Assembly: GCA_046047575.1 (NCBI GenBank)
Contig: JBJOHR010000074.1
Span: 1 to 54,201, forward strand
DNA from: Bacteroidota bacterium
Lineage (GTDB): Bacteria; Bacteroidota; Bacteroidia; UBA10329
Reading direction: 5' to 3'
DNA length: 54,201 nucleotides
A program made the position numbers and the translations under genes. The notes beneath the pieces were generated by a model. The model was not told the DNA's origin. It saw nothing but the letters and a program-made list of their open reading frames with translations, and did no database searches. Shown here piece after piece: positions 1-9,334 of this stretch. How positions within the stretch are numbered: position 1 is the stretch's first letter; each line of letters starts with the position of its first letter.

Positions 1-480
1 ATGGAATTCATCTCGCAGCAGGAAGTAAAACCCGATATCGTTGTCTTTTTGGATGGCGACCATTCTGATTATCCCGAGCAATTGCCAGAAGTGGTCAAAC
101 CGATTTTAGATAATGAAGCTGATATGGTCATTGGTTCGCGGGCGTTGGGAAAATCGGAGAGTGGAAGTCTCACACCGCAGCAGGTTTTTGGGAATTGGTT
201 GGCAACGGTTTTACTGCGATTGTTCTACGGGGTTAAGTTCACCGATCTCGGTCCGTTCCGAGCTATTCGTTATGGAAGCCTGTTGCAATTGAATATGGTT
301 GACCGCAACTACGGCTGGACGGTGGAGATGCAGATAAAGGCTGCCAAACAGAAACTTCGAAGTTTGGAAGTTCCGGTCGATTATCGTGTCCGTATCGGGG
401 AATCGAAAGTGTCTGGAACAGTAAAGGGTACCATTGGGGCAGGCTACAAGATTATTCTTACCCTTTTCAAATACCTTTGA
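1..480 (+). CDS. Glycosyltransferase family 2, C-terminal part (5' end lies outside the window)
   Basis: The frame is open from the window edge. The DGDHSDYPE (DxD region) and the overall sequence resemble DPM1/GtrB-like GT2 enzymes. The stop abuts or overlaps the next start. Confidence 0.7.
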   Translation: MEFISQQEVKPDIVVFLDGDHSDYPEQLPEVVKPILDNEADMVIGSRALGKSESGSLTPQQVFGNWLATVLLRLFYGVKFTDLGPFRAIRYGSLLQLNMVDRNYGWTVEMQIKAAKQKLRSLEVPVDYRVRIGESKVSGTVKGTIGAGYKIILTLFKYL

Positions 481-1961
481 ACGGGATGGTTTTCGGGTAC
501 GTTCTTCTGGTCATTTATATCGTTTGTCTGCTGGCAATTCTGGTTTACAGTTTGGCGCAAGGCCATTTGACCATGCTCTATCTCCGTGCCAAGCGAAAAG
601 GAGAAAAAGAAACCCCCGAATTACCTGTCGAACTTCCTTTCGTGACTGTTCAATTGCCCGTTTACAATGAATTGTATGTGGTAGAGCGCCTCATCAGGCG
701 CGTGGCGCAATTGGAATATCCGTTGGACAAGCTAGAAATTCAGGTTTTGGATGATAGCACGGATGAAAGCGTGGAAGTCGCGGCAAACATCATCGCTGAG
801 TTGCGCGAAACGGGGTTGGATATCCAGCACATCCGAAGATCAGACCGAACGGGCTTTAAGGCAGGCGCGTTGGCTTATGGATTGGAAATCGGGAAAGGAG
901 AATTCATTGCCATTTTCGATGCGGACTTTCTGCCTGAGAAAGACTTTCTACTGAAGACTTTACCGTATTTCGAAGATGAGAAGATCGGGCTGGTGCAAAC
1001 ACGTTGGGAACATCTCAATCGGAATTACAACCTGCTGACCAAACTGCTTTCTATGGCGTTGGATGCACATTTTACCATTGAACAGCGCGGAAGGAATTCG
1101 AATGGCGATTTCATGAATTTCAACGGAACGGCCGGGGTTTGGAGACGCGCGTGCATTGAGACTTCGGGGGGATGGAGTGCGGAAACACTGACTGAAGACC
1201 TTGATCTGAGTTATCGGGCGCAGTTGAAAGGCTGGAAGATGAAGTACTTGGAAGGACAGACTTCACCTGCTGAGATACCTGCTTTTATTCAAGCGATCCG
1301 TTCGCAGCAATACCGTTGGAATAAGGGCGGTGCGGAAGTGGCGCGGAAGAACTTCATCAATGTGATGAAAGCGAATTTGCCGCTGCATGTCAAGTTCCAC
1401 GCGTTGTTCCATCTGTTCAACACGGGGATTTTCATCTGCGTTTTTCTGGCGGCTTTTGTGAGCGTCCCGTTACTCTATTTCATGGCCACCAAAGGTCTGG
1501 CGGCTGAGTTGATGAAGTACGCGGCAGTGTTCTTTCTCGGCTTCTTTCTGCTGTCAGGTTTTTATTGGATAACCATTCGGCAACGGTATGGGTCTGCTGC
1601 GAAGACTACTGCTTGGTTCATTCTCTATTTTCCGATTTTCTTGAGCTTGTCCATGGGGCTTTCGCTTTACAACGCCATTGCGGTTTCGGAGGGGTATTTG
1701 GGCATCAAATCGCCATTCATCAGAACACCGAAGTTCAATATTGTGGGTGATAAGACCGATGTGAAACAGAACAAGTACATGGTTTCTCGTCCACCGATGA
1801 TCGTGATTTTTGAAGCGCTGTTGGCCATCTATTTCTTGGTCGCCATTGTTTGGGCTGTGTCGGTTGGTTATTACGCGTTTCTGCCATTTCATGTACTGCT
1901 GATGCTCGGTTTCGCTGGCATCACATTCTACTCCATCAAGCACAGCGTTGTAAGAACATGA
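477..1961 (+). CDS. Processive-type glycosyltransferase family 2 (CESA/monoglucosyl-DAG-synthase-like), multi-pass membrane C-terminus
   Basis: 494-aa ORF with VLDDSTD, FDADF and QTRW...QQYRWNKG (QxxRW) motifs and hydrophobic C-terminal helices. Position 477 is a TTG; an ATG at 486 is an equally plausible start. Confidence 0.8.
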   Translation: MNGMVFGYVLLVIYIVCLLAILVYSLAQGHLTMLYLRAKRKGEKETPELPVELPFVTVQLPVYNELYVVERLIRRVAQLEYPLDKLEIQVLDDSTDESVEVAANIIAELRETGLDIQHIRRSDRTGFKAGALAYGLEIGKGEFIAIFDADFLPEKDFLLKTLPYFEDEKIGLVQTRWEHLNRNYNLLTKLLSMALDAHFTIEQRGRNSNGDFMNFNGTAGVWRRACIETSGGWSAETLTEDLDLSYRAQLKGWKMKYLEGQTSPAEIPAFIQAIRSQQYRWNKGGAEVARKNFINVMKANLPLHVKFHALFHLFNTGIFICVFLAAFVSVPLLYFMATKGLAAELMKYAAVFFLGFFLLSGFYWITIRQRYGSAAKTTAWFILYFPIFLSLSMGLSLYNAIAVSEGYLGIKSPFIRTPKFNIVGDKTDVKQNKYMVSRPPMIVIFEALLAIYFLVAIVWAVSVGYYAFLPFHVLLMLGFAGITFYSIKHSVVRT

Positions 1962-3910
1962 TGCTACCGCGATGGGTGCATAAACTCCTGATGTTCGCGG
2001 TTTTTCAGTGGCATTTGGCGTTTGCCATTGTCATTGATCGATGCAATACAACTGGTGTACTGTTGTCGTTTGTAGGGCTTTGGTTGATTTTTTTGATTCA
2101 GTGGGCAGATCGGGAGATCAGCGTGAAGCGGATGATCGCGCTCGGAGTGCTTTTCCGAGGAATCTATCTGTTGACCTTCCCCGAATTATCGGATGATGTG
2201 TTCCGTTACCTGTGGGATGGAATGCTATCAAACCAAGGTGTCTCTCCCTACGCTATTATCCCGAGTGAGTGGCAAGAGGCGGGTTTGGGTGAATCGTTTG
2301 GGCAGATGCTGCACCAGCTGAATTCGCCTGAGTATTATTCGGTCTATCCGCCTGTGTTGCAGAGCATTTTTGCTGCGAGTGTGTGGTTGGGTAATGGTGA
2401 GGTTCTATCGTCCATCATTTCACTGAGGATGTTCGTTCTGCTCGCAGAGTTCGGTTCCATGCTGCTTATCTGGAAGTTGCTACAAGCTTGGAAGATGAAT
2501 ACGCGCAACCTCATGCTCTATGCGCTTAATCCGTTGGTGATCATTGAGTTTTCTGGAAGTCTGCATGGGGAGGTTTTCATGGTTTTCTTTCTGTTGTTGA
2601 GTTTGTGGTTTTTGACCTCCCCCGGCCCCTCCTTTCCAGGAGGGGAGCAAGAAGAACCCACCCCTAGCCCATCCATGGGAGGGGAAAGTGCTTCGAAAGG
2701 GTTTCTGTGGTTTGGTGCATCTGCGGTGGTATTTGGGTTGAGTGTTGGCACGAAGCTGTTGCCATTGATGTTCCTTCCGTTCTACATTAAGCGGTTGGGA
2801 TGGTGGAAGACCACGCTTTATGGTGCTGTTGCGATTCTCGTAACTGGTCTACTGTTTATTCCCTTTTGGACGCCAGATCTGCTGACGAATGTTTCTTCCT
2901 CATTAAAACTCTACTTCGCGAATTTTGAATTCAATGCGAGTGTGTATTACCTGATTCGTGAGGTTGGGTTTTGGTATCGTGGATACAACATTATTGAACA
3001 GACGGCCGTGTGGTTGCCGAGGATCGTTCTGTTGATCATCCTCTTTATTGCCTTGCTGAACAAGGATAAGGAAGTACGCGGATTGCCGAAGCTGATGCTA
3101 TTCGCGTGGTTCACTTATTATGCGTTTGCCACAACGGTGCATCCGTGGTACATCGCAGTTTTAGCTGCGTTTCTGCCATTTGTGAAATATCGGTTCGCGT
3201 TGGGGTGGTTGATGCTGGTTCCGCTTTCTTACCACGCTTATGGTGGTGTGGATTTCAATGAAAATGGGTGGTTGCTCGTGTTAGAGTATGTGCCTGTTTA
3301 CCTCTGGCTTGGGTTTGAGTTGGGATTGTTCCGACCAATGGAGCGGTGGTGGGCGTTGCGCAGAGCGGAGGTGAAACGTAAGCGGTTGTTGCCGTTTCTC
3401 ACAAAAGGCGAACGTGTTTTGGAAGTAGGTTCTGGAAATGGTGCGTTGGTGAAACTGCTTAGTAATGAAGGAATGAAGCTTTCTGCCATCGATATTGAGG
3501 ATAAAAGCCTGTTCGAGGAAGTGAATGTTCGGGTTTATGAAGGAAAGAAGTTTCCCTTTGATGATAGGCAGTTTGATGTGTGTCAGTTGATCACCATGCT
3601 GCATCATACGACCAATTCGGAGGAACTCATTCGTGAAGCTAAGCGGGTTTCAAACCGCATCATCATCATGGAAGATGTGTATGAGAATTCTTTTCAGAAG
3701 TACATCACTTGGTTCGCGGACAGTTTGGTGAACTGGGAGTTCTTTGGACATCCGCACACCAACCGAACGGACACGGAATGGAGAGAATTATTCGAACGGA
3801 ATGGGTTGGTGGTGGAGAAGGTGGAGTATTATCGGTTTCTGCTGTTCTTCAAACAGGTGACGTATGTTTTGTCTCACGCAGGGACGCAGAGGCGCGGAGA
3901 AAAATCTTGA
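1958..3910 (+). CDS. Fusion protein: GT-C/DUF2029-like polytopic membrane glycosyltransferase (N-terminal) plus class I SAM-dependent methyltransferase (C-terminal)
   Basis: The ATG at 1958 overlaps the upstream stop (ATGA). The tracked ORF start at 1850 lies inside the previous gene. The N-terminal part has many TM helices and LSDDVFRYLWDG. The C-terminal part has VLEVGSGNGALV (SAM motif I). Confidence 0.7.
   Translation: MMLPRWVHKLLMFAVFQWHLAFAIVIDRCNTTGVLLSFVGLWLIFLIQWADREISVKRMIALGVLFRGIYLLTFPELSDDVFRYLWDGMLSNQGVSPYAIIPSEWQEAGLGESFGQMLHQLNSPEYYSVYPPVLQSIFAASVWLGNGEVLSSIISLRMFVLLAEFGSMLLIWKLLQAWKMNTRNLMLYALNPLVIIEFSGSLHGEVFMVFFLLLSLWFLTSPGPSFPGGEQEEPTPSPSMGGESASKGFLWFGASAVVFGLSVGTKLLPLMFLPFYIKRLGWWKTTLYGAVAILVTGLLFIPFWTPDLLTNVSSSLKLYFANFEFNASVYYLIREVGFWYRGYNIIEQTAVWLPRIVLLIILFIALLNKDKEVRGLPKLMLFAWFTYYAFATTVHPWYIAVLAAFLPFVKYRFALGWLMLVPLSYHAYGGVDFNENGWLLVLEYVPVYLWLGFELGLFRPMERWWALRRAEVKRKRLLPFLTKGERVLEVGSGNGALVKLLSNEGMKLSAIDIEDKSLFEEVNVRVYEGKKFPFDDRQFDVCQLITMLHHTTNSEELIREAKRVSNRIIIMEDVYENSFQKYITWFADSLVNWEFFGHPHTNRTDTEWRELFERNGLVVEKVEYYRFLLFFKQVTYVLSHAGTQRRGEKS
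2617..2690. repeat. GC-rich double-palindrome (REP-like) insert, in frame inside the CDS
   Basis: CCCCTCC(2626-2632)-tttcca-GGAGGGG(2639-2645), and CCCC-tag-CCCATccATGGG-a-GGGG (2661-2684). It encodes TSPGPSFPGGEQEEPTPSPSMGGESASKG between two hydrophobic helices. Confidence 0.5.
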
Positions 3911-3916
3911 ATAAGG

Positions 3917-3968
3917 GATTGGAAAATCAAATCGGAAATCGCTAATCGTTAATTGTCAATCACAAATT
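3917..3968. repeat. Degenerate heptamer tract (TCGnnAA-like, about 7 units)
   Basis: attggaa aatcaaa tcggaaa tcgctaa tcgttaa ttgtcaa tcacaaa, read in 7-nt phase. Confidence 0.45.
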
Positions 3969-3972
3969 CTAC

Positions 3973-4392
3973 TCAAGGTATCGGTTCGCGGTTGCGTTCT
4001 CCGATAATGAGGGCCACAGCCACACCGACCAAGAGGGCGCGGACTATATTGTAGGTGAACTCAAGCATGGCCCATCCGGGAGAGGCGATATTGAAATCGC
4101 CATAGTAGCTGGTAACGGTAAGGCCAGTAAGGATGCCCATCAGGAAACCGAATTTGAGGCCTTTGGTCAGTGGATTGCCACCTTTATAAAGCATGTGGTA
4201 CACGTACACGAACACAATGGCGCGCATTGCATGAGTAATGAGGAAGTAGCCTACAGGCATTTGAAGCCGTTCGATGCCGAAAACCCAATCGTTGTACCAT
4301 GCCTCAAAGATCACTTCGTGCCAAACCGCACCTGCCAAGGTTATGATCAACCAAGCAGCAACAGTAGCTAATATGAAACGGGCAATGTTCAT
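3973..4392 (-). CDS. Small integral membrane protein, function unknown
   Basis: 139-aa ORF with 4 predicted hydrophobic helices. No family recognised. Confidence 0.6.
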   Translation of the reverse strand: MNIARFILATVAAWLIITLAGAVWHEVIFEAWYNDWVFGIERLQMPVGYFLITHAMRAIVFVYVYHMLYKGGNPLTKGLKFGFLMGILTGLTVTSYYGDFNIASPGWAMLEFTYNIVRALLVGVAVALIIGERNREPIP

Positions 4393-4439
4393 TGAGGGGC
4401 GGCAAGTTTAACGATTCTTCATGGTCATCCGCGGATGGT

Positions 4440-5846
4440 TTACAATTTAACAATCCGTTGTGGCGGACTGTTCGGTATTTCGAGAAGATAGATGCCAGCT
4501 GGCAGCCAAGCGAGATTGACGGAGGCCCTATTGTTTACGCCCGACTGCCAGAGCATCCTACCCGAAAGGTCGGTAATTTTTGCCGAATGCGTTTTGCCGT
4601 TACGATGCCGTGCAGAGATATGGAGCATTTCTGTAAACGGATTTGGGAACACACTGAAGCTGTTTATGGCGGTTTGCTCATCAATGCCCACTGATGTGTT
4701 TCCGTTAAGATCCGTGCGGAGAATGATGATGTCTTCGGATGAGTTGACGTCTGCCTTACCGCAGGCAACGATCTGGTCTCCATCCAACTGAACATCATAA
4801 CCCGTTTCGGAACCACTACCACTGTAATACATGCTCCAGATCTCCGTGCCTGCGGCATCGGTACGCACCATGAAGAGGTCGCGGAAGTTGGAGGTGTCGG
4901 CCTTGTAGGCAGAGCCGATGAAAACCGCCCCGCCATCATCCATGGCGGTAACCGCATAACCGAAGTCAATTCGGTCTGTCTGCGTACTGTAAGTGCCCAG
5001 CCAATTGCTGCTTCCATTATCATTCTTCAGGCCGAGTATCTTGTAAATGGTCTGACCTGTTATCTGTGTGGTAGCCGCCATGTAGAAGCCGCCATTGATG
5101 GGGTCGGCTGCCATTTTCCCAGCAATAACGGTTGGTGCCGATTGGTCGTCATAAGACCACAGAATGTTGCCATCGAAATCGGTTTTAATGAGGAAGGAAT
5201 TCTCTGTTCCGGTTGTTGCTCCCATAACCGAACCACCTATGACCAATCCATCAGTTACAGCCACCAAACTTGTGGGGTTCTCACTTTCAGGAAAGGGGTT
5301 GATGGTCTTGGTCCAGACGGTGTCTCCGTTGGCATCTACACGGCAAAGCAGGTTGGTGTGCGAAGATGTGGTGCCGAATTCGCAGAGCACCATGGCGCCA
5401 TTGTCCGGCATGGGAACTGCGTCAATTGCCTTGGCATTCTGAAGCAGTTCGTGGGTCTTCTGGTAAACGGGCAGTCCGTTTCCAGATTCGAACACGGCAA
5501 TCATAAGTCCGTACTCGCGGTCAGGTACAGCATAATCGTAGCCCGCGGTAAGCGCATTTCCGTTGGGAAGTTGGCAGATGGTGGTTCCGTAGATGTCGTC
5601 ATTGCCCGATATCTGTCGCATCCATTCCTCGTTGCCATCGGCATCTACCTTAAGTAGGTAGCCTGTGCGCTGGAATGTGGAGGTCTCGTAGCGGTCGCCA
5701 ATGGTAATGATGCTGTGATCGGGGAGGATGACCATCTCGAAGGCGCGCTCTTCTGCCGATGGTGTTCCGTATGTACGCTGAAATAGACTCTGTGCCAAGG
5801 AGAAAAAGGGCAAGAGAAAAATGAATAAGGTGATGAGGAGGCGCAT
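4440..5846 (-). CDS. Secreted protein with T9SS type A C-terminal sorting domain
   Basis: Signal peptide MRLLITLFIFLLPFFSLAQ. C-terminus FSVFPNPFTEMLHIS...LPAGIYLLEI...KL is typical of Por/T9SS sorting domains. Confidence 0.8.
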   Translation of the reverse strand: MRLLITLFIFLLPFFSLAQSLFQRTYGTPSAEERAFEMVILPDHSIITIGDRYETSTFQRTGYLLKVDADGNEEWMRQISGNDDIYGTTICQLPNGNALTAGYDYAVPDREYGLMIAVFESGNGLPVYQKTHELLQNAKAIDAVPMPDNGAMVLCEFGTTSSHTNLLCRVDANGDTVWTKTINPFPESENPTSLVAVTDGLVIGGSVMGATTGTENSFLIKTDFDGNILWSYDDQSAPTVIAGKMAADPINGGFYMAATTQITGQTIYKILGLKNDNGSSNWLGTYSTQTDRIDFGYAVTAMDDGGAVFIGSAYKADTSNFRDLFMVRTDAAGTEIWSMYYSGSGSETGYDVQLDGDQIVACGKADVNSSEDIIILRTDLNGNTSVGIDEQTAINSFSVFPNPFTEMLHISARHRNGKTHSAKITDLSGRMLWQSGVNNRASVNLAWLPAGIYLLEIPNSPPQRIVKL

Positions 5847-6032
5847 GGAGTTGCCGCGTTGGGGTTCAGCACGAATATACGGATGACGTGGATGATTTGA
5901 GGTTATAAAGGGTTCCCAGACCTGCTCGGAAGTTGGACTTAGCTGATCGGAGTTTCAATTGTAGGTTTCTCGGAATGCTACTTTGGGGTGTAGGTGCCAG
6001 TTCTTGGTAACTGTTTCTACTTTAGAGAGGTG

Positions 6033-7118
6033 TCAAACCTCCCCCGTCAGCGCCTTTACTACTTTGAACTGGTTGAAGAACTCGCCCACGAACACACGGC
6101 CGATGCTGTAGGCGGGGATTGCCAGGATCATGCCTGCAATGCCTGCCACGTTTCCGGCCATAAGTATCACTAGGAAGATCTCTAATGGATGGGCTTTGAC
6201 GCTTTGCGAGTAGATAAGCGGTTGCAGTACAATATTGTCCAATAATTGGGCTGCGGCATATACAATGGCCATTTGGCCGGTCAGGCTGAGCATACCCGCA
6301 AGGTCGAGGCCAGTGGTGTTGGTGCTCAGCCCAATGGTAATACCAACGCCTGCGCCAATGATCGGCCCTACGTAGGGAATAACGTTGAATAGCCCTGCAA
6401 TGAAGCCAATGAGTATGGCGTTGTCGATTCCTACAATACTCAGCCCTACGGAAACGATGGTCATTACGATGCCCACTTCTATGATGACACCGATGAAGTA
6501 ACGCGTAAGCAGTTCTTTGCTCTTGTGCAGCACCTTGCCAATGCGCACCTCGTATTCATCGGGCACCAGGGTCATGATCATGTTCTTGAACAGGCCTTGG
6601 TCTTTGAGGAAGAAGAAGGTGATGAAGGTGGTGGCGAAGAAGGCAATGAAGATATCGCCCGTTAGGCCGAGCGCGTATTGAACGCTGTCGCCCACGGCAG
6701 AAATATCGAAGAGCTTGGCAAGGAGGTTTTTGAGTTCGGTCTCGAGAACAATAGGTGTATCGGTCAGCTTGAACTGATTGAGGTAGTCCTGGGCCATGTG
6801 AATAGGCCCGCGGATGTTGTTGATCACTTCTTCCGTATTGACGCTGCTGAGCTTGCGGGCCTCATCGGCCACCATGGGAACAATGGCGCTGATGATGCCA
6901 CCGAAAAGGCCAAGGAGCCCGAAAATGGTGAAGGATGCCGCAGCGGAACGCGGCATGTGTCGGCCCTTGACATTCAATTTAAGCAGTAGCCGAATGATGG
7001 GTTCGCCAATGAGCGATATGACACCGGCCACCAGAATGTAGGCTATGATGGTGTGGAAGTACCATGCCAGCAACAGGATGGCGATGATGACGGGTATGTA
7101 GATCCAGTTTCGATTCAT
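6033..7118 (-). CDS. AI-2E family transporter (PerM-like permease)
   Basis: 361-aa polytopic protein with AI-2E/PerM-like topology and an IPYVGPIIGA motif. Confidence 0.8.
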   Translation of the reverse strand: MNRNWIYIPVIIAILLLAWYFHTIIAYILVAGVISLIGEPIIRLLLKLNVKGRHMPRSAAASFTIFGLLGLFGGIISAIVPMVADEARKLSSVNTEEVINNIRGPIHMAQDYLNQFKLTDTPIVLETELKNLLAKLFDISAVGDSVQYALGLTGDIFIAFFATTFITFFFLKDQGLFKNMIMTLVPDEYEVRIGKVLHKSKELLTRYFIGVIIEVGIVMTIVSVGLSIVGIDNAILIGFIAGLFNVIPYVGPIIGAGVGITIGLSTNTTGLDLAGMLSLTGQMAIVYAAAQLLDNIVLQPLIYSQSVKAHPLEIFLVILMAGNVAGIAGMILAIPAYSIGRVFVGEFFNQFKVVKALTGEV

Positions 7119-7140
7119 GTGTTACGAATATACGGTGGGC

Positions 7141-7180
7141 ATAAAATAAAGAAGCAACCTCCGTTATGGAGATTGCTTCT
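7141..7180 (-). terminator. Rho-independent terminator after ftsZ
   Basis: AGAAGCAA-c-CTCC-gttat-GGAG-a-TTGCTTCT hairpin (7150-7180), followed on the minus strand by TTTATTTTAT. Confidence 0.7.
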
Positions 7181-7237
7181 GAAATAGTGAGATTGCTTTG
7201 CTTCGGTCGCAATGACGGGAAGCGGCAATGCTACGGT

Positions 7238-9334
7238 TTAATCAACCGACTTGTGAAGGAACTCGTTGCCATCGCTGAGGCCGCCACGTTTGTTGCCGTT
7301 CTCATCGGTCTCTTCGTCCTTTACCTCAAACTTGGTAACGGTGCTTTCTGAAGAGTGAGGCATGTCGTTCAAATTCACGTTTCGTCTTTTGAATGCAGGA
7401 ACGTTCTCCAATTCGGCCAAGTTGGTTGGCGAATTGAATCTTCGGTTCATGCCTTTCAAACGCTCCAAGCGCTCCATTTGCTTTCGCTGCATTTCCTCTG
7501 TATCGAAGCTGTTGACGGTCTCGTTCTTAGTAACGAGTTGCGGTTCGTTGGTAAGCGAAGCAGCCTCTGATCTGGCAGATACATCCAATTTATCCTCATC
7601 GTAGAGATTGAACATGGTGACGTTCTCCTCTGCCGCAGGCGTTTCCTTGCGGACCTCAAACTCGAATTCGGTGGCCGTTTCGGTAGTGATGATGTTGTCG
7701 TCCTCGTCCAATTCATCCTCGAACTGATCGTTGAAGGCTTGGAAGTTTTCCACCTCTTCTACCACGGGTGTTTCGGCAACGGGCTGCTTGAATAGGCTGA
7801 ATGGCATCATTGGCGCCACTTCTTCCACCACTTCTTCGTTTTCCGCTTCTATGTCGGCCACCTCTTCTTCTAGGAAAAGTTCCTCTTCCTGTACCACTTC
7901 CATTTCGGTTTCGGCTGCCACTTCGAAATCGTCTTCGTAGTCGTCATCGTCTTCCTCATTGTACAAGGGCAGTTCTTCGCCATCTTTCACTCCGATCATT
8001 TCGGGAGCTTCCGCATCCAGAATGGCATTCAGTTCTGCATCGTTCTCATCGACCTTATAGGCCATGAAGGTGGAGGCCGGTGTTGTTTCCTCTTCGTCCA
8101 AAACCAAGGTGTGTTTGATAACGGTGTCTTCCGTTGGCGTTGGGATCGTTGGCGTTTCGTTGACCGGAGTGTTGTTCAGTTCCAGATCGGAATTCAGATC
8201 AGAAGCTGGACGGAGTCGGTCGTTCATCAACTTAGGACGAGCGGTGAGTCCGGAAGGAAAGGAGGCCTTTGCTTCGGTTGCTGGTCCGGTGGTAGGAGCC
8301 TGTCTGCGCGTTTCAAGCACGTGACGCACTACGTTTTCCTTACCGGTTACCTTTTGCAGTTTCTCTCCGGTAAAACCGGTGGCTATGACTGTCAAGGAAA
8401 GCTGATCACCCAGGTCTTCATCGGTGCCGTTACCCCAAATAACATCGGCATCCATACCTGCTTCTTCCTGAATGTAATCGGTTATCTCGGCCACTTCGTC
8501 CATGGTAACTTCTTCGCTGCCAGAGCTGATGTAGAGGAGGATGTTGCTGGCACCGTAAATGTTGTTGTCGTTAAGAAGGGGAGAAGCCAAAGCCTGTTCC
8601 ACGGCCTTGATGGCGCGGTCGGGACCTGAAGTAGTGGCAGAACCCATGATGGCCACTCCTGAGCTGGTCATTACAGTTCGCACGTCTTCAAAATCAACGT
8701 TCACGTAGCCTTCCACGGTTATGATCTCGGCAATGCCTTTGGCGGCAATGGTCAATACATCGTCTGCCTGACCGAAAGCTTCGCTGAGTTTCAGGTTTCC
8801 GTACATCTCGCGCAGCTTATCGTTAGAGATGATGAGAACCGTGTCCACGTGTTTTTTCAGTTCTTCCAGTCCCATATCAGCCTGAAGTTTTCGCTTCTTT
8901 CCTTCAAAGCCGAATGGAATGGTGACGATTCCAACGGTAAGGATGCCTTGTTCGCGGGCGGCTTCTGCAATGATGGGAGCGGCACCGGTTCCTGTTCCAC
9001 CGCCCATTCCGGCCGTTATGAACACCATTTTGGTGTTGTCTCCAAGAATTTCCTTGATGTCGTCCAGGTTTTCGATGGCGGCATTGCGACCCACTTCAGC
9101 CTGGGCGCCTGCACCTCGGCCTTCTGTCAGGCTGGAGCCGAGTGCGATCTTCTTGGGCACGGGGCTCATATCGAGCGCTTGCTGATCCGTATTGCAGACC
9201 ACGAAGTCGACACCTCGTATTCCTTGTCTGTACATGTGGTTGACGGCATTTGAGCCGCCTCCACCTACTCCGATCACCTTGATGATAGAGCTTTCCTCTT
9301 TGGGGAGATTGAAATTCATCATGTCCTTAGCCAT
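7238..9334 (-). CDS. ftsZ: Cell division protein FtsZ with very long acidic linker
   Basis: GVGGGGSNAVN and GMGGGTGTGAAP tubulin signature. 698 aa. PAFKRRN tail motif lies 46 aa before the C-terminus. Confidence 0.97.
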   Translation of the reverse strand: MAKDMMNFNLPKEESSIIKVIGVGGGGSNAVNHMYRQGIRGVDFVVCNTDQQALDMSPVPKKIALGSSLTEGRGAGAQAEVGRNAAIENLDDIKEILGDNTKMVFITAGMGGGTGTGAAPIIAEAAREQGILTVGIVTIPFGFEGKKRKLQADMGLEELKKHVDTVLIISNDKLREMYGNLKLSEAFGQADDVLTIAAKGIAEIITVEGYVNVDFEDVRTVMTSSGVAIMGSATTSGPDRAIKAVEQALASPLLNDNNIYGASNILLYISSGSEEVTMDEVAEITDYIQEEAGMDADVIWGNGTDEDLGDQLSLTVIATGFTGEKLQKVTGKENVVRHVLETRRQAPTTGPATEAKASFPSGLTARPKLMNDRLRPASDLNSDLELNNTPVNETPTIPTPTEDTVIKHTLVLDEEETTPASTFMAYKVDENDAELNAILDAEAPEMIGVKDGEELPLYNEEDDDDYEDDFEVAAETEMEVVQEEELFLEEEVADIEAENEEVVEEVAPMMPFSLFKQPVAETPVVEEVENFQAFNDQFEDELDEDDNIITTETATEFEFEVRKETPAAEENVTMFNLYDEDKLDVSARSEAASLTNEPQLVTKNETVNSFDTEEMQRKQMERLERLKGMNRRFNSPTNLAELENVPAFKRRNVNLNDMPHSSESTVTKFEVKDEETDENGNKRGGLSDGNEFLHKSVD

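Noticed and set aside
1850-1957. Upstream extension of the GT-C/methyltransferase ORF
   Set aside because: It lies inside the preceding GT2 gene in another frame. The ATG at 1958 gives an ATGA stop/start overlap and begins the hydrophobic N-terminus.
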